The notes below the pieces were generated by a model. The model was not told where the DNA came from. It saw only the letters and a list, made by a program, of their open reading frames with translations, and ran no database searches. From Escherichia phage vB_EcoM_SA20RB, in sequence record OL960581: DNA of 64,000 bases; one strand, written 5' to 3'. The stretch's first letter is position 1. The number at the start of each line of letters is the position of its first letter. This document shows positions 39,012-49,336 of this stretch, piece by piece. The position numbers were made by a program, and so were the translations under genes.

Positions 39012-39320
39012 TTAGTCTTCTATGATATCTCTATCATATCCAAGTGAAATGAGAGTTTCTTTGAAGTGTTTAATGTTCTTTTGTCTAGAATCATTGATGA
39101 AAATGACTGGATAACGAATGTTAAGAGATGTGAATCCAGCGCGTTTAGCAAGAGATACAATCAGTGGACGATCATACTCAATCTTACCATTATTTGTAAG
39201 AACTTTATAGAAAGTAAAAGGAGCATTGAGCTCCTTTAGAAGTTTTGTAACTGATTGACATCCAGGACAACGACCTACTTCATCTGGAATTCCATAGACT
39301 TCAATCTTATTTTGTTTCAC
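39012..39320 (-). CDS. nrdH: glutaredoxin-like protein NrdH (102 aa)
   Basis: CPGC redox motif; GTG start with AAGGAA SD. Confidence 0.7.
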   Translation of the reverse strand: MKQNKIEVYGIPDEVGRCPGCQSVTKLLKELNAPFTFYKVLTNNGKIEYDRPLIVSLAKRAGFTSLNIRYPVIFINDSRQKNIKHFKETLISLGYDRDIIED

Positions 39321-39322
39321 AA

Positions 39323-39535
39323 CTATTCCTTACTAAGAGCAGCATTCAGCTTATTAGTAATTTTATCCAGACGCTCATTGAACTCGCTAGAAGACAGTCC
39401 TTTTTCTGGAGAAATCAAACTAATCACGAAAAATATAACAATAAAAGGAATAAGGAAAATAGCTCCAACTGCCATAAACAAAAAGAATGTTACGGTTGTA
39501 AGAAAATCAGCTAAACCTTTACGAAATTTATACAT
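39323..39535 (-). CDS. small membrane protein (70 aa)
   Basis: ATG start; long hydrophobic segment. Confidence 0.45.
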   Translation of the reverse strand: MYKFRKGLADFLTTVTFFLFMAVGAIFLIPFIVIFFVISLISPEKGLSSSEFNERLDKITNKLNAALSKE

Positions 39536-39650
39536 ATTTTACCCTTAATTGATTAACCAAGCATTGATAAGCACTAAACTATATTGCGAATAAAATTCTG
39601 GACCAAAATGAAAAATCATATCATTTATAGTGTCCATAATATAATTCAAT

Positions 39651-40121
39651 TTAATCATGTTTCCACACCCCATCGGTATTTGACCAAAGTCGCTGATTAT
39701 CTGATCCTCGCCACAGCTTTTTGGTAGGAAGATTTTTCTCATACTTCCCATCAATAATAACATCAACATATTTAAGCATTTCTAGTTGTTTAATATCTTC
39801 AAATTTATATCCTGTCCACAACCAAATGCTTTTATTGGAATAAAGATTTTTTACTGTTTGAACCACAGAGTGAATAACATCTCGGTTATCAGGATAGAGA
39901 GGGTCTCCTCCAGTTATAGTTAATCCTTCTATATAATCATTATTCAAACATTCAATTAATTGTTCTAGTGTTTCACCAGTGAATGGAACACCATTTCTAG
40001 CATTCCATGTTGATTTATTATAACACCCTTCGCATTTATGCAAACAACCTGTAACGAAAAGAACTGTCCTGCATCCAGGACCATTAACAAAGCAGCATGG
40101 GTATATTCTGTCATAATTCAT
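39651..40121 (-). CDS. nrdG: anaerobic ribonucleotide reductase activating protein NrdG (radical SAM, 156 aa)
   Basis: Cys cluster CLHKCEGC; 156 aa; ATG start. Confidence 0.8.
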   Translation of the reverse strand: MNYDRIYPCCFVNGPGCRTVLFVTGCLHKCEGCYNKSTWNARNGVPFTGETLEQLIECLNNDYIEGLTITGGDPLYPDNRDVIHSVVQTVKNLYSNKSIWLWTGYKFEDIKQLEMLKYVDVIIDGKYEKNLPTKKLWRGSDNQRLWSNTDGVWKHD

Positions 40122-40950
40122 TTATATATTTCCAATTATAGCCTTCAACACTTTTACGTTCGCCATTTAAACATTTTAAAATATTTCCTTTGCTAGAAAT
40201 ATTAAAATATTTTGCTGCGTCTGGTATATAATTAAATGTTTTTAAAAGAACACCATCTTTATATGCGCCAAATAAATTAAGAGTATATTTTTCTCGAAGA
40301 CGCTGATGTTTCCTTTTCATAACCTCAGGATTTGCATACGCCAACCTCAATGAATTTCTATGTTTTTCTTTTACTTCAGGTTTTTGCATTGCTAACTTAG
40401 TTAGCCTGGAAATTTTATTTCTAACTTCGTCAGTTTTCATTGCATTTGACAAATTTAATAAAGTTTTATTTCTAACTTCAGGTTTTTGCATTGCTAACTT
40501 AGTTAGTTCTCTATGTCTTTTTCTAAAATCGTCATCCTTCCATATATTTTTCGATAATTTTGACATAGAGCGGTGAAATAATTCCTTTTCACTGGAATAC
40601 AATTTAAAAATTTCATCCAATTCATCCGCATTAAATCTATCGGTATTCGAGTTTATCATTCTATGAAAGGCATAACACATTTTACTATTGCTTGTTTTAG
40701 CTAAATAGTAATGAGCTAACGCATGGTCATAATATGACAAATTAACAATATTCCATTTATCTGTTTTATATTCAGGAAATATAGATTTGGGAAGCACGTG
40801 ATGTGCTTCCGTTTTTCCTTTTATTTTAGGATTATTATAATTTTTTGTTATCAAATCAACATATGACAATAGTAAATCATTATTTTCTTCAAATATTAAA
40901 GCTAATTTATCATTCACAAAATCGCAAGGATAAAATCTATCGTAATTCAT
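40111..40950 (-). CDS. HNH homing endonuclease-like protein (mob-type, 279 aa)
   Basis: HNH motif AHHVLPKS..YYDHALAHYY; repeated KLAMQKPEV modules; ATGA overlap with nrdD stop. Confidence 0.6.
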   Translation of the reverse strand: MNYDRFYPCDFVNDKLALIFEENNDLLLSYVDLITKNYNNPKIKGKTEAHHVLPKSIFPEYKTDKWNIVNLSYYDHALAHYYLAKTSNSKMCYAFHRMINSNTDRFNADELDEIFKLYSSEKELFHRSMSKLSKNIWKDDDFRKRHRELTKLAMQKPEVRNKTLLNLSNAMKTDEVRNKISRLTKLAMQKPEVKEKHRNSLRLAYANPEVMKRKHQRLREKYTLNLFGAYKDGVLLKTFNYIPDAAKYFNISSKGNILKCLNGERKSVEGYNWKYINEL

Positions 40951-42238
40951 TGGTGTTTAACCCTATGCATGATTTCTTTATTTTTTCCGAGATTAAATCC
41001 GCGTTCATTCGGATTTCCCAAATAACCACAAGTTCTTCTTATTGTGTTCATCTTTTTAGGATCAGTTTCTCCACAAATAGAACAAACAAATCCGTTTTCA
41101 GTAGGAGTCATTTCATGTGTACTTCCACATGTAAAACATTTATCTACTGGCATGTTAACACCAAAATAATCTAAATGTTGTGCAGCATAATCCCATACAG
41201 CCTCAAGACCTTTTAAGTTATTTTTCATATCAGGAAGTTCAACATAAGAAATGTGACCACCTGTCGCAATGAAATGATATGGGGCTTCGCGAGAAATCTT
41301 TTCAAATGGAGTGATATTTTCTTCTACTGAAACATGGAAACTATTAGTGTACCAGCCTTTATCAGTAACATCTTTTACACTTCCATATTTTTCAGTATCA
41401 AGTTTACAGAAGCGATAACAAAGGTTTTCAGCAGGTGTAGAATACAAGCTAAAAGCAAAACCAGTTCTTTCAGTCCACTGCTTAAGACGAGCATTCATTT
41501 TAGTTAAAATTTCCTGTCCAATATCACGACCGACAAGAATATTCAATTCGTGAATACCAATGTATCCTAGGGACACTGAACTTCTACCGTTTTTAAATAA
41601 CTCAATTATGTCGTCATCAGGTTTAAGACGAACCCCGAATGCACCTTCTTGGTAAAGAATAGGAGCAACAGTAGCTTTAACTCCTTTTAAGGAACTAATT
41701 CTACACATCAATGCTTCAAAACATAAATCCATTCTCTCATTGAACAATTCGGCAAATTTCTGTTCATTGAACTGTGTTCCAATATAAGAATCTAATGCGA
41801 TACGAGGAAGATTCAGTGTTACAACACCAAGATTATTACGTCCATCAAGAATTTCATTACCAGTCGAATCTTTCCATACGCTCAAGAAACTACGGCAACC
41901 CATTGGAGAAACAGGAACAGATGAACCAGTGATAGCTCTATTGTTCTTAGCTGAAATAATATCAGGATACATCCTTTTGCTTGCACACTCTAGAGCAAGC
42001 TGCTTAATATCATAGTTCGGATCGTCTTTGTAAAGATTAACACCTTCTTCAACGAACATGACAAGTTTAGGGAAAATAGGAGTTATCCCATCACGACCAA
42101 GACCTTTGATACGATTTTTCAGAATTGCTTTCTGAATCATTCGTTCAGTCCAGTCAGTTCCCGTACCAAATGTAATTGTTACAAAAGGCGTTTGACCATT
42201 AGAGCTGAAAAGTGTATTTACTTCATCATTATATTCAG
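40947..42238 (-). CDS. nrdD: anaerobic ribonucleoside-triphosphate reductase NrdD, exon 2
   Basis: C-terminal glycyl-radical motif RTCGYLG; in-frame with exon 1 after removing 1033-nt intron. Confidence 0.7.
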
Positions 42239-43271
42239 CATGAGTCGCAAATTCATGCCCGTTTATATGAAACAACAAAATTTGGATAGTCCATAGATAT
42301 GCAACGTTCTTTTATAGTGCTAGGATGAAAATTTAGCGCTTTAGCTGCTTCTATATAAGACGTATACTTAATACCGTCAACAACCACATATTCAGGAACT
42401 TTATGAATAGTAGTCTTAATACTCAAAACAAGAGGATGAGTTTCGACTTCACTTTCAGTGCAATTTAAATATTCCGCTGCTTTTTTAAAACTTCTAAAAG
42501 TTTTATTTTTAAGCTTTATCGATACTTGTTTTTTACTTTTTCGACTATTGATATTATTTTGCACATGTTCCTTAGATCTTCCGTTTTTAGCATAATATTC
42601 AGCTACAGAAGATTTTATATTGTTTTTATGAGATTCGGATAACACTTTACCCTTATGAGCATCTCTTAATTTTTGAATATGTTCTTCAGTATCCGGATGC
42701 TTATAAAACTTTTTACCGCCTATGGATTTATTTAAACATTTTTTGCTATAAAAATATTTACGTATGACCTCTTCTTCATGTTTTAATGCATCTTTATAAC
42801 TATCAAATGTTTTTAAAATTATCCATTTAGTAGGTGTATCAGTTTTTAAGCGTTCATTTATATACTTAGATGACGTTGTGTAAGTTTTCCAGTTTGTGGG
42901 CTTGTTTTTAATTGTTCTAAATTTTTTATAACCGATATAAATGTCGCCATTAGAAAACTTAACTAAGTATGTAAATGCGTCTTTATCTTTTATTTTAGTA
43001 CAACGTCTTTTTATCCATTTCATTGTTTCACCTCGTATTCATAAGATAATCTTATTTATACAAGATGACTGCTGCATGTCGCCATGCAGATTAGACTATA
43101 TCTTCATCTTTCGATGCCGGCCGTTTCGAATAGCATTAGCTTCTATTCTACACCGTTACATTCATCACGGTTAGTCGTTAGGCATTTAGTTCAAAAGAAC
43201 ATTTAGCACGGGATTGTCTACTAGAGAGGTTCCCCGTTTAGACCGGTTTTACATGAGCCTGAATTAAATTA
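42239..43271 (-). mobile_element. group I self-splicing intron in nrdD (1033 nt) carrying a GIY-YIG endonuclease ORF
   Basis: conserved core ..CTAAACGGGGAACCTCTCTAGTAGACAATCCCGTGCTAAAT.. on minus strand; junction GAGU|..G|CUGAA restores frame; length equals recalled T4 nrdD intron (1033). Confidence 0.6.
42253..43023 (-). CDS. intron-encoded GIY-YIG homing endonuclease (I-TevII-like, 256 aa)
   Basis: FTYLVKFSNGDIYIGYKKF GIY-YIG motif; lies wholly within nrdD intron. Confidence 0.7.
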   Translation of the reverse strand: MKWIKRRCTKIKDKDAFTYLVKFSNGDIYIGYKKFRTIKNKPTNWKTYTTSSKYINERLKTDTPTKWIILKTFDSYKDALKHEEEVIRKYFYSKKCLNKSIGGKKFYKHPDTEEHIQKLRDAHKGKVLSESHKNNIKSSVAEYYAKNGRSKEHVQNNINSRKSKKQVSIKLKNKTFRSFKKAAEYLNCTESEVETHPLVLSIKTTIHKVPEYVVVDGIKYTSYIEAAKALNFHPSTIKERCISMDYPNFVVSYKRA

Positions 43272-43809
43272 ACTCATACGCCTGGAATGCATCGTATACG
43301 TCTTTTTCTGTTTTAGACTGGGCATAATTCAACGCATCAGCGATTTGCCATTTTTCTGCATCCTCAATATGTTTTGCATAGGTGCGTTTAACATAAGGAG
43401 AAAGTACTTTATCTACATTAGCAAAAGTCGTTCCGCCGTACTGATGTGAAGCAACCTGTGCAGTAATTTGTGCCATAATTGCAGTAGCAACGCCAATTGA
43501 TTTAGGAGTTTCAATCTGTGCATTGCCGAGCTTAAATCCGTTCTCAAGCATTCCTTTTAAATCTACTAAACAGCAATTAGTAAATGGAAGAGCAGGGGAA
43601 TAATCAATATCGTGGAAATGGATAATTCCGCTTTCATGCGCTTTCATAATAAAAGACGGGACCATATTTTTGGCAATGTGTTTAGACACAATACCAGCCA
43701 TAAGGTCCCGTTGAGTTGGAAAAACACGAGAATCTTTATTAGCATTCTCGTTCAAAAGGTCTTTATTAGTTTTATGAATCAATCCTTCAATTTCTTTTTC
43801 AATTGTCAT
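43272..43809 (-). CDS. nrdD: anaerobic ribonucleoside-triphosphate reductase NrdD, exon 1
   Basis: ATG 43807-43809 (ATGA overlap with gene 49 stop); reading frame hits TAA immediately inside intron. Confidence 0.7.
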
Positions 43810-44279
43810 TTTAAACTCTTTCTAAGCTGCTTCTTAAATGAAGCTATTAATTGTGTTTTAGTGTCAGATTCATTATATTCAAATCCTCTTTGAAGCATCT
43901 CAGCCATCATTTCCTCTTTTCCTAAACGAGAAAATTCCTTTGATTTATCTCCAACGAAGTTAGGGTGAATATTATTTTGGGTGTAATCGGATTTTAAATA
44001 AGTAAGTAAATTTTCTAACCATTCAAGATAATCAACGCCTTGTCCCTTTAAGCCAGAACGATTAAATTTGTGCTTCATTTGACCTTCCGCTGCATTGCAA
44101 AGATTACAGAGCAATCCACGTACCTTTCCTGCTTTTGGTCCATTTAATTCATGGTCATGGTCAAGGTGATTAGCTTGAACATCAGGATTTAGTTCTCGTT
44201 GGCAAATTAAGCATTTACCGTTTTGTGCATTATAAAATTTCTGTTTTTCTTCTTTATATAATTTGCCAGTCAATAACAT
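43806..44279 (-). CDS. 49: endonuclease VII (Holliday junction resolvase, 157 aa)
   Basis: 157 aa; zinc-binding CLICQ..HLDHDH..CNLCN; ATG start. Confidence 0.8.
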   Translation of the reverse strand: MLLTGKLYKEEKQKFYNAQNGKCLICQRELNPDVQANHLDHDHELNGPKAGKVRGLLCNLCNAAEGQMKHKFNRSGLKGQGVDYLEWLENLLTYLKSDYTQNNIHPNFVGDKSKEFSRLGKEEMMAEMLQRGFEYNESDTKTQLIASFKKQLRKSLK

Positions 44280-44282
44280 AAT

Positions 44283-44320
44283 AAAACCCTTACCTTAAAT
44301 AGATAAGGGTATTTATTATT
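44283..44320 (-). terminator. stem-loop with flanking U-runs (possible bidirectional terminator)
   Basis: ccctta-12nt-taaggg hairpin; T-rich tracts on both sides. Confidence 0.45.
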
Positions 44321-44497
44321 TCAAGTATTGTAAAACATTCGATGCAATCGTTTATATTGCCGAATCATCTTTTTAGTAGGACGAGAATAAGTTCCTACAC
44401 AAGTGGTCATATTAGGGTCTGTAGAATTTCCTTTAATAAAAAGTTTCCAAACCTTACCACCATTTAACTTTTCAGTATAAATCAATTCAGTTTTCAT
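44321..44497 (-). CDS. small hypothetical protein (58 aa), not in ORF track
   Basis: TAATG overlap with upstream stop; hand-translated MKTELIYTEKLNGGKVWKLFIKGNSTDPNMTTCVGTYSRPTKKMIRQYKRLHRMFYNT; followed by hairpin. Confidence 0.45.
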   Translation of the reverse strand: MKTELIYTEKLNGGKVWKLFIKGNSTDPNMTTCVGTYSRPTKKMIRQYKRLHRMFYNT

Positions 44498-44943
44498 TAA
44501 AACGCTCGGTCAGAAAAAGAAATTTGAGTTTCAAGCCATTCAATATATTCTGCTGCAGCTTGCATCAAATTTCCTTCATAACCATCATTATTTTCTTGTG
44601 CAGCTAATTTAGCTAATGCATATGAAATACGTTCACCTTGAAAAGCGGCTTTAGGTTTATGAATAGCTTGATCAACTCGTTCTACAACTTCTTCAATTTC
44701 GCCATTTTCCGCTGATTCAGTATTCCACAAGCACCAATACGTAATTGGCTTATCGTAAATGTTAATAATCTTTCCATCAGAAAGTTCAATTTCAATAATT
44801 CCAGTATCAGGTTCTATGTCGTCTTCGCATTCTTTTGCAAGTTCACGAACTTTAAAGACAGTACCTGCACTAAGTTCTGGCCAGTAATTACACAGCCCTT
44901 TATCAGCACGATTAATTCTAAACCACTTATCTACTATAATCAT
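44497..44943 (-). CDS. hypothetical protein (148 aa), T4 pin/49.x region
   Basis: ATG 44941-44943 with GGAG SD (track start TTG 44961). Confidence 0.45.
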   Translation of the reverse strand: MIIVDKWFRINRADKGLCNYWPELSAGTVFKVRELAKECEDDIEPDTGIIEIELSDGKIINIYDKPITYWCLWNTESAENGEIEEVVERVDQAIHKPKAAFQGERISYALAKLAAQENNDGYEGNLMQAAAEYIEWLETQISFSDRAF

Positions 44944-44984
44944 GTCCCATCTCCATATCAATTAAGTCATTTATCGTAGGTTCA

Positions 44985-45013
44985 TTATATACTGTTTCTT
45001 CATCAGTGTAAAC
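44985..45013 (-). promoter_or_regulatory. T4-type early promoter
   Basis: plus attata 44985-44990, gtaaac 45008-45013. Confidence 0.5.
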
Positions 45014-45065
45014 CGGTTCTTCCGGCTCTGGCTCTACAGTTTCCCATCTAGCCGCCCACCAAGGT

Positions 45066-45275
45066 TTAACCCCGAAGCTTATTAAGTTCTTCATAATCAA
45101 TCCAGGATTCTAATCCTGATGGCAAATCAGATTCAATTTCCCAAAGAAGTTCTTCAATTTTATGAAGACGATCTAGTTCTTCAGCAGGAATAGTAACCAT
45201 TGACGGAGCTCTTGCTACACTAATATCGTAAATCATATTTACCCCAGTTTGACCATGCAATCGCCGTATTTCCAT
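45066..45275 (-). CDS. hypothetical protein (69 aa)
   Basis: ATG start. Confidence 0.4.
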   Translation of the reverse strand: MEIRRLHGQTGVNMIYDISVARAPSMVTIPAEELDRLHKIEELLWEIESDLPSGLESWIDYEELNKLRG

Positions 45276-45454
45276 TTAGAAATAGACTTTTCACCGTTAG
45301 AATAATAAACTTCGAGTTTAGCACGATTATTTTTAATTTGAATAACCTTTGCTGTCATCAAAGTTCCATACCCGTAATAAACTGCAACCTCATCACCTAC
45401 ATATACCGCGCTTCCGCGGTAGTCATGGATATAATCAGTTCCTTCGAGCATCAT
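45239..45454 (-). CDS. hypothetical protein (71 aa)
   Basis: ATG start overlapping nrdC stop. Confidence 0.4.
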   Translation of the reverse strand: MMLEGTDYIHDYRGSAVYVGDEVAVYYGYGTLMTAKVIQIKNNRAKLEVYYSNGEKSISKWKYGDCMVKLG

Positions 45455-45714
45455 TTAAAGTATTCCCGCAATTGGTCAAATCCACCAATATGACTTCCAT
45501 CAGGAGCAAATACTTGCGGCATTGTCAAACCAATTTGAGTATCACGACCTAGTTTCGTCAGAAGCTCAGCGATTTTCTCATCATCAAAAACACCTTTTTC
45601 CGGCATAATGTTGATAAATTCAAACGGCTGTTTCTTCACAGTCAAAAGACGTTTTGCATTATCGCAATACACACATTTGTGGATGTTGCTATCATAACCA
45701 TATACTTTAAACAT
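45451..45714 (-). CDS. nrdC: thioredoxin NrdC (87 aa)
   Basis: CVYC active site; 87 aa. Confidence 0.75.
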   Translation of the reverse strand: MFKVYGYDSNIHKCVYCDNAKRLLTVKKQPFEFINIMPEKGVFDDEKIAELLTKLGRDTQIGLTMPQVFAPDGSHIGGFDQLREYFK

Positions 45715-45715
45715 A

Positions 45716-45958
45716 TTATTCCTTAATTCCTAGTACTTGTTTAAAAGTCTCGTCGTAATCAAGACTTTGACCCGTTTGTTCTTTATGTTTGTATATAATA
45801 TCACTTACTTCTGATAGCATATTTTTATATGAACGAGTTAAAGCAGATTTAAGCACGCTGTATCTATCAGGAAATTTACCGTGTTCATTATAATACGCTA
45901 TTGCTAATTCACGGACTGCCTTTTCAGCAATCTCCATATATTCTTTACGCTTGGTCAT
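45716..45958 (-). CDS. hypothetical protein (80 aa)
   Basis: ATG start. Confidence 0.45.
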   Translation of the reverse strand: MTKRKEYMEIAEKAVRELAIAYYNEHGKFPDRYSVLKSALTRSYKNMLSEVSDIIYKHKEQTGQSLDYDETFKQVLGIKE

Positions 45959-46262
45959 TTTCTTCTCGGTTAAATCGGTGTTTACAATGACGACATTTAT
46001 AACGAAGATTACTAGTCTGCCAATGAATTAATTGAACCTGTTCAGTACCACATTTTGGACAGTTCGGAACATTCTTAGAAACCCTTTCGCGGCGTTCAAC
46101 CATAACCATAATGGCATCCCAGGCTGGAGGTTTAAAATCTAAATCATCACAACCATGAATCTTTCCACGCATTTCCAGATCGTCTTCTTCACCAGCCATA
46201 ATAATTTTAATTAGACTGGAATTACTTGAAGCTGCAATATCTTCTAATAGACGCTTTTTCAT
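45945..46262 (-). CDS. zinc-ribbon protein (105 aa)
   Basis: CPKC..CRHC motifs. Confidence 0.5.
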   Translation of the reverse strand: MKKRLLEDIAASSNSSLIKIIMAGEEDDLEMRGKIHGCDDLDFKPPAWDAIMVMVERRERVSKNVPNCPKCGTEQVQLIHWQTSNLRYKCRHCKHRFNREENDQA

Positions 46263-47188
46263 TTCAATACCTCAATAGCATTACGTAAACCATTTGCTTT
46301 TGCATTAAGAGCTTTTAACAATTTAGTGTGTTCGGCAATTTGGGCTTCAACTTCAATCAAACGAGCATTGAGATATTCGCGTTCTTCGCTCAAGCTATCA
46401 ACCTTTTCTACTTTAGGTTCTTTTACAACTGGCTTATATGTATTAGGGTTCTTCAGTTTAATTAGAATACGTGAACTGTATAACATTGAACCATTATTTT
46501 CGATTTCGTCATACATTTCTACTACGTCCATGATTTTTAACATCATGCGGAGTTTATAAGATAACGAACGAATAGTTTTGTTGTGCTTATTAATTTCTCT
46601 AGCTGTCATGGTGCCGAGATTACGTGAGTAATAATAAGGAACCTGGATATTAATTAACACTGATGAACCACCTGGCTTGTGTGTTACTTCATCAGCAATA
46701 ACCCAGTCCTTAACATGAACTGTATTTGTACGGTCATCACCAGCGGTAAATAGTTTGCGAGCATGCTTAAAAAGCATATTCACTTGGTCATTGAACTGAC
46801 AAGCAAATTTATCAGCAAATTTAGTTTCAGGAATGGTAGATAACCAATCAGCCAAATGAGTCTTTTTAACATCGTTAACAATAGTAAATTCAACCAAATC
46901 GGTTATAGATGTCGCAGATTTAATGAAGCTTGGCTTCATAAAGTTTTTAATGTTATCGCGAGCTACAGTAGAAGATAACATACGAGAACGTTTAAACCAT
47001 TCAAGCAAATTGCCTAACGAATGAGAATAAGCGTTTTGAGTATCTTTACAGATATGATTTTCCTGACCAACATATTGAAGGAAATCACGAAGAATATTAT
47101 TGATTACTGCTCTGTGTCCAATCTGATAACTACGGTGTTTAGTAATAAGACTGTCAAAATAATCAATATAATGTTTACGAGTTTTCAT
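46259..47188 (-). CDS. hypothetical protein with C-terminal coiled coil (309 aa), paralog family member 1
   Basis: ATG start; A-[SR]-[RK]-L-x-G-like motif; heptad-like tail. Confidence 0.55.
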   Translation of the reverse strand: MKTRKHYIDYFDSLITKHRSYQIGHRAVINNILRDFLQYVGQENHICKDTQNAYSHSLGNLLEWFKRSRMLSSTVARDNIKNFMKPSFIKSATSITDLVEFTIVNDVKKTHLADWLSTIPETKFADKFACQFNDQVNMLFKHARKLFTAGDDRTNTVHVKDWVIADEVTHKPGGSSVLINIQVPYYYSRNLGTMTAREINKHNKTIRSLSYKLRMMLKIMDVVEMYDEIENNGSMLYSSRILIKLKNPNTYKPVVKEPKVEKVDSLSEEREYLNARLIEVEAQIAEHTKLLKALNAKANGLRNAIEVLK

Positions 47189-47240
47189 GTTCTTCTCACT
47201 TGGTTAATGATTTATACTCCGAGCCATCCTTGGCTTTAAA

Positions 47241-48242
47241 TTACTTAATTAACTGTAAAGCTTGTTCAAGACGATCCAGGCGATTAACAGATTCTTCCCA
47301 AATCCTTTTAGCCTGCTCATATTCTTTCTGCGCTTTATTAGAAATTTCTAGAGCTTCTTTATAAGCTTTTTCTAGTGCAATAACTTCTGGACGAATTTCT
47401 ACAGGTTCAGGCGAATCATCAAGATTATCCATTAGTTCCTCAAGTGTAATTTCTTCTTTAGGAGTATTCACAATTTCATCACATTTTTGTTGGTAAATTT
47501 CTTTATCAGTCGGTGAGTACGCACATTTCACTTCACGAAGACTAACTACAATTTTATATCCTTCCCAACCACACATATTTTTGAAAGGATATGTATGAAT
47601 ATTTTCTACTGTTTCCATACAAAGTAATGCGGTTTCTAATTGACGAGTTATAGTGCTAGCAATTGAGAAAAATTTATTAATGTTCTTTTGGTTAGTTTCT
47701 GGTGTAAAAAATCCATAATTCACAAAAATAGATACTTTATTTTTATCAAGTTCATATTCTTTTATGATAATCATATCAGAAGCCAAAGGATGAATTTGAC
47801 GATAATCGCCATAACATAATTTAGAAGCTGATTTTAGAAGTTGCTTCTTGAAAAGTCTGAAATTACTAATCCAACGACGAGTAAAAATATTCTCAGGGTC
47901 TTCTTTATTATTAAGATGATAAGAATTAACATCACCGAACCAATTATATCCTACTACATCTTTGGTTCGTTTAATTTCTTTCCCAAAATTACCAAGAATA
48001 TCCCGATTAACCAAATATGAAAGAAGACGAGACTCTTTAAAGGTTTTCTTGATAACATCTTTATCTACACGGCTAGAAATTTTACGAATTTCATGAATAA
48101 ATTTAACAGAAGAAACAATACTTGCGTCAACACTATTGAGCCATTGATTGATAATAGAAATAACGCTATTTTGACCAAACATCGGTATAGCTTTATCATC
48201 AATAACACTATTGAATGATTTGATATATTCGTTACGAGTCAT
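47241..48242 (-). CDS. hypothetical protein with C-terminal coiled coil (333 aa), paralog family member 2
   Basis: ATG 48240-48242 with GAGGAG SD (track start TTG 48293 lies in promoter). Confidence 0.55.
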   Translation of the reverse strand: MTRNEYIKSFNSVIDDKAIPMFGQNSVISIINQWLNSVDASIVSSVKFIHEIRKISSRVDKDVIKKTFKESRLLSYLVNRDILGNFGKEIKRTKDVVGYNWFGDVNSYHLNNKEDPENIFTRRWISNFRLFKKQLLKSASKLCYGDYRQIHPLASDMIIIKEYELDKNKVSIFVNYGFFTPETNQKNINKFFSIASTITRQLETALLCMETVENIHTYPFKNMCGWEGYKIVVSLREVKCAYSPTDKEIYQQKCDEIVNTPKEEITLEELMDNLDDSPEPVEIRPEVIALEKAYKEALEISNKAQKEYEQAKRIWEESVNRLDRLEQALQLIK

Positions 48243-48270
48243 ATTAATCTCCTCAGTAGAAAGTAAGAAC

Positions 48271-48300
48271 ATTATACCACATCCTTGTGGCAAAGTAAAC
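48271..48300 (-). promoter_or_regulatory. T4-type early promoter
   Basis: plus attata 48271-48276, gtaaac 48295-48300; near-identical to promoter at 2429-2458. Confidence 0.55.
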
Positions 48301-49328
48301 TAGTTCAGTGCATTTAGTGCATTGTTCAGTTTAGAACGTTGCTTCGTGAGATTTTTGACTTTTTCTTGAGCTTTTTCTAGCATCTTTTCAGCTTCTAACA
48401 CTTCATTAGTTGCTTTAACGAGTTCATCATCTACTGCCTTGATAGACTTCTCAATCGCATCCGCGTGCCATTTTTCAACAGGTTTAAGACTCGGATTTTC
48501 AACAGGAAGAAAATTCGCTTTATTGAATTTCCATGCATCCTTATTACCTGAACTATACATCCAAAATTTAGGATCGTTTGATGAGTAATTGGATAAATTT
48601 AAATTTAAGTTATCTTGCACTTCTTGCTTTTTCTCTTGCGTGACTTCGTCCTTTCTCAAAAAATCGTATTTAAATGAAATGATCATATCAAGTTCATATG
48701 TTGTTGTGTCTAATTTAAATCGTTCGAAATGCTGTGAAATCTTAGACTGAACAGCAGCAACAACGTCCATATACTTAAATGCTTCTGTCAACTGTGATTT
48801 AAGGCATTCGCAAATTGAAAGAGAATTTTTTGTATTAGGTTTAAAGCTAATTCGTGCAGTTCTGTTATTTTCTTTTAATGGTCTTACTTCCATCTGAAGA
48901 GTATAACCATCAAATTTCAGATTCTTTAAGTTAATATCAGAACCTTTTAATCGACTCGCAGTTGATAAAATTTGCTTTAATTGTCTACGGAACAGAGCAA
49001 TAAATCTCCATTCAATACGATAATGATTTGGATTGAAAAATCCAGATGATAAATCGACCTTACTTTGACCAACGCCTTGAACAAATAGAGGATTTTTATA
49101 ATCGATAGTTTTACAGAAATCGGTGAGCTGCTCACGAGCCGTCATTTGTGTAATATAACCCGCTTTACTAAAATTACGCACCCATTCACTGCTATTCGTA
49201 TACTTAAAGTGATGAATAACACGATTAACTTTATCAGGGTCTAAATTATTTTCACACAAAAATGTCATAACATCACGAGTATAACTGGCATTACGAACCA
49301 TATCTTCAATTTGAGAACGAGTTTTCAT
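48300..49328 (-). CDS. hypothetical protein with C-terminal coiled coil (342 aa), paralog family member 3
   Basis: ATG start; motif ..STASRLKG.. Confidence 0.55.
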   Translation of the reverse strand: MKTRSQIEDMVRNASYTRDVMTFLCENNLDPDKVNRVIHHFKYTNSSEWVRNFSKAGYITQMTAREQLTDFCKTIDYKNPLFVQGVGQSKVDLSSGFFNPNHYRIEWRFIALFRRQLKQILSTASRLKGSDINLKNLKFDGYTLQMEVRPLKENNRTARISFKPNTKNSLSICECLKSQLTEAFKYMDVVAAVQSKISQHFERFKLDTTTYELDMIISFKYDFLRKDEVTQEKKQEVQDNLNLNLSNYSSNDPKFWMYSSGNKDAWKFNKANFLPVENPSLKPVEKWHADAIEKSIKAVDDELVKATNEVLEAEKMLEKAQEKVKNLTKQRSKLNNALNALN

Positions 49329-49336
49329 GGTATTCC

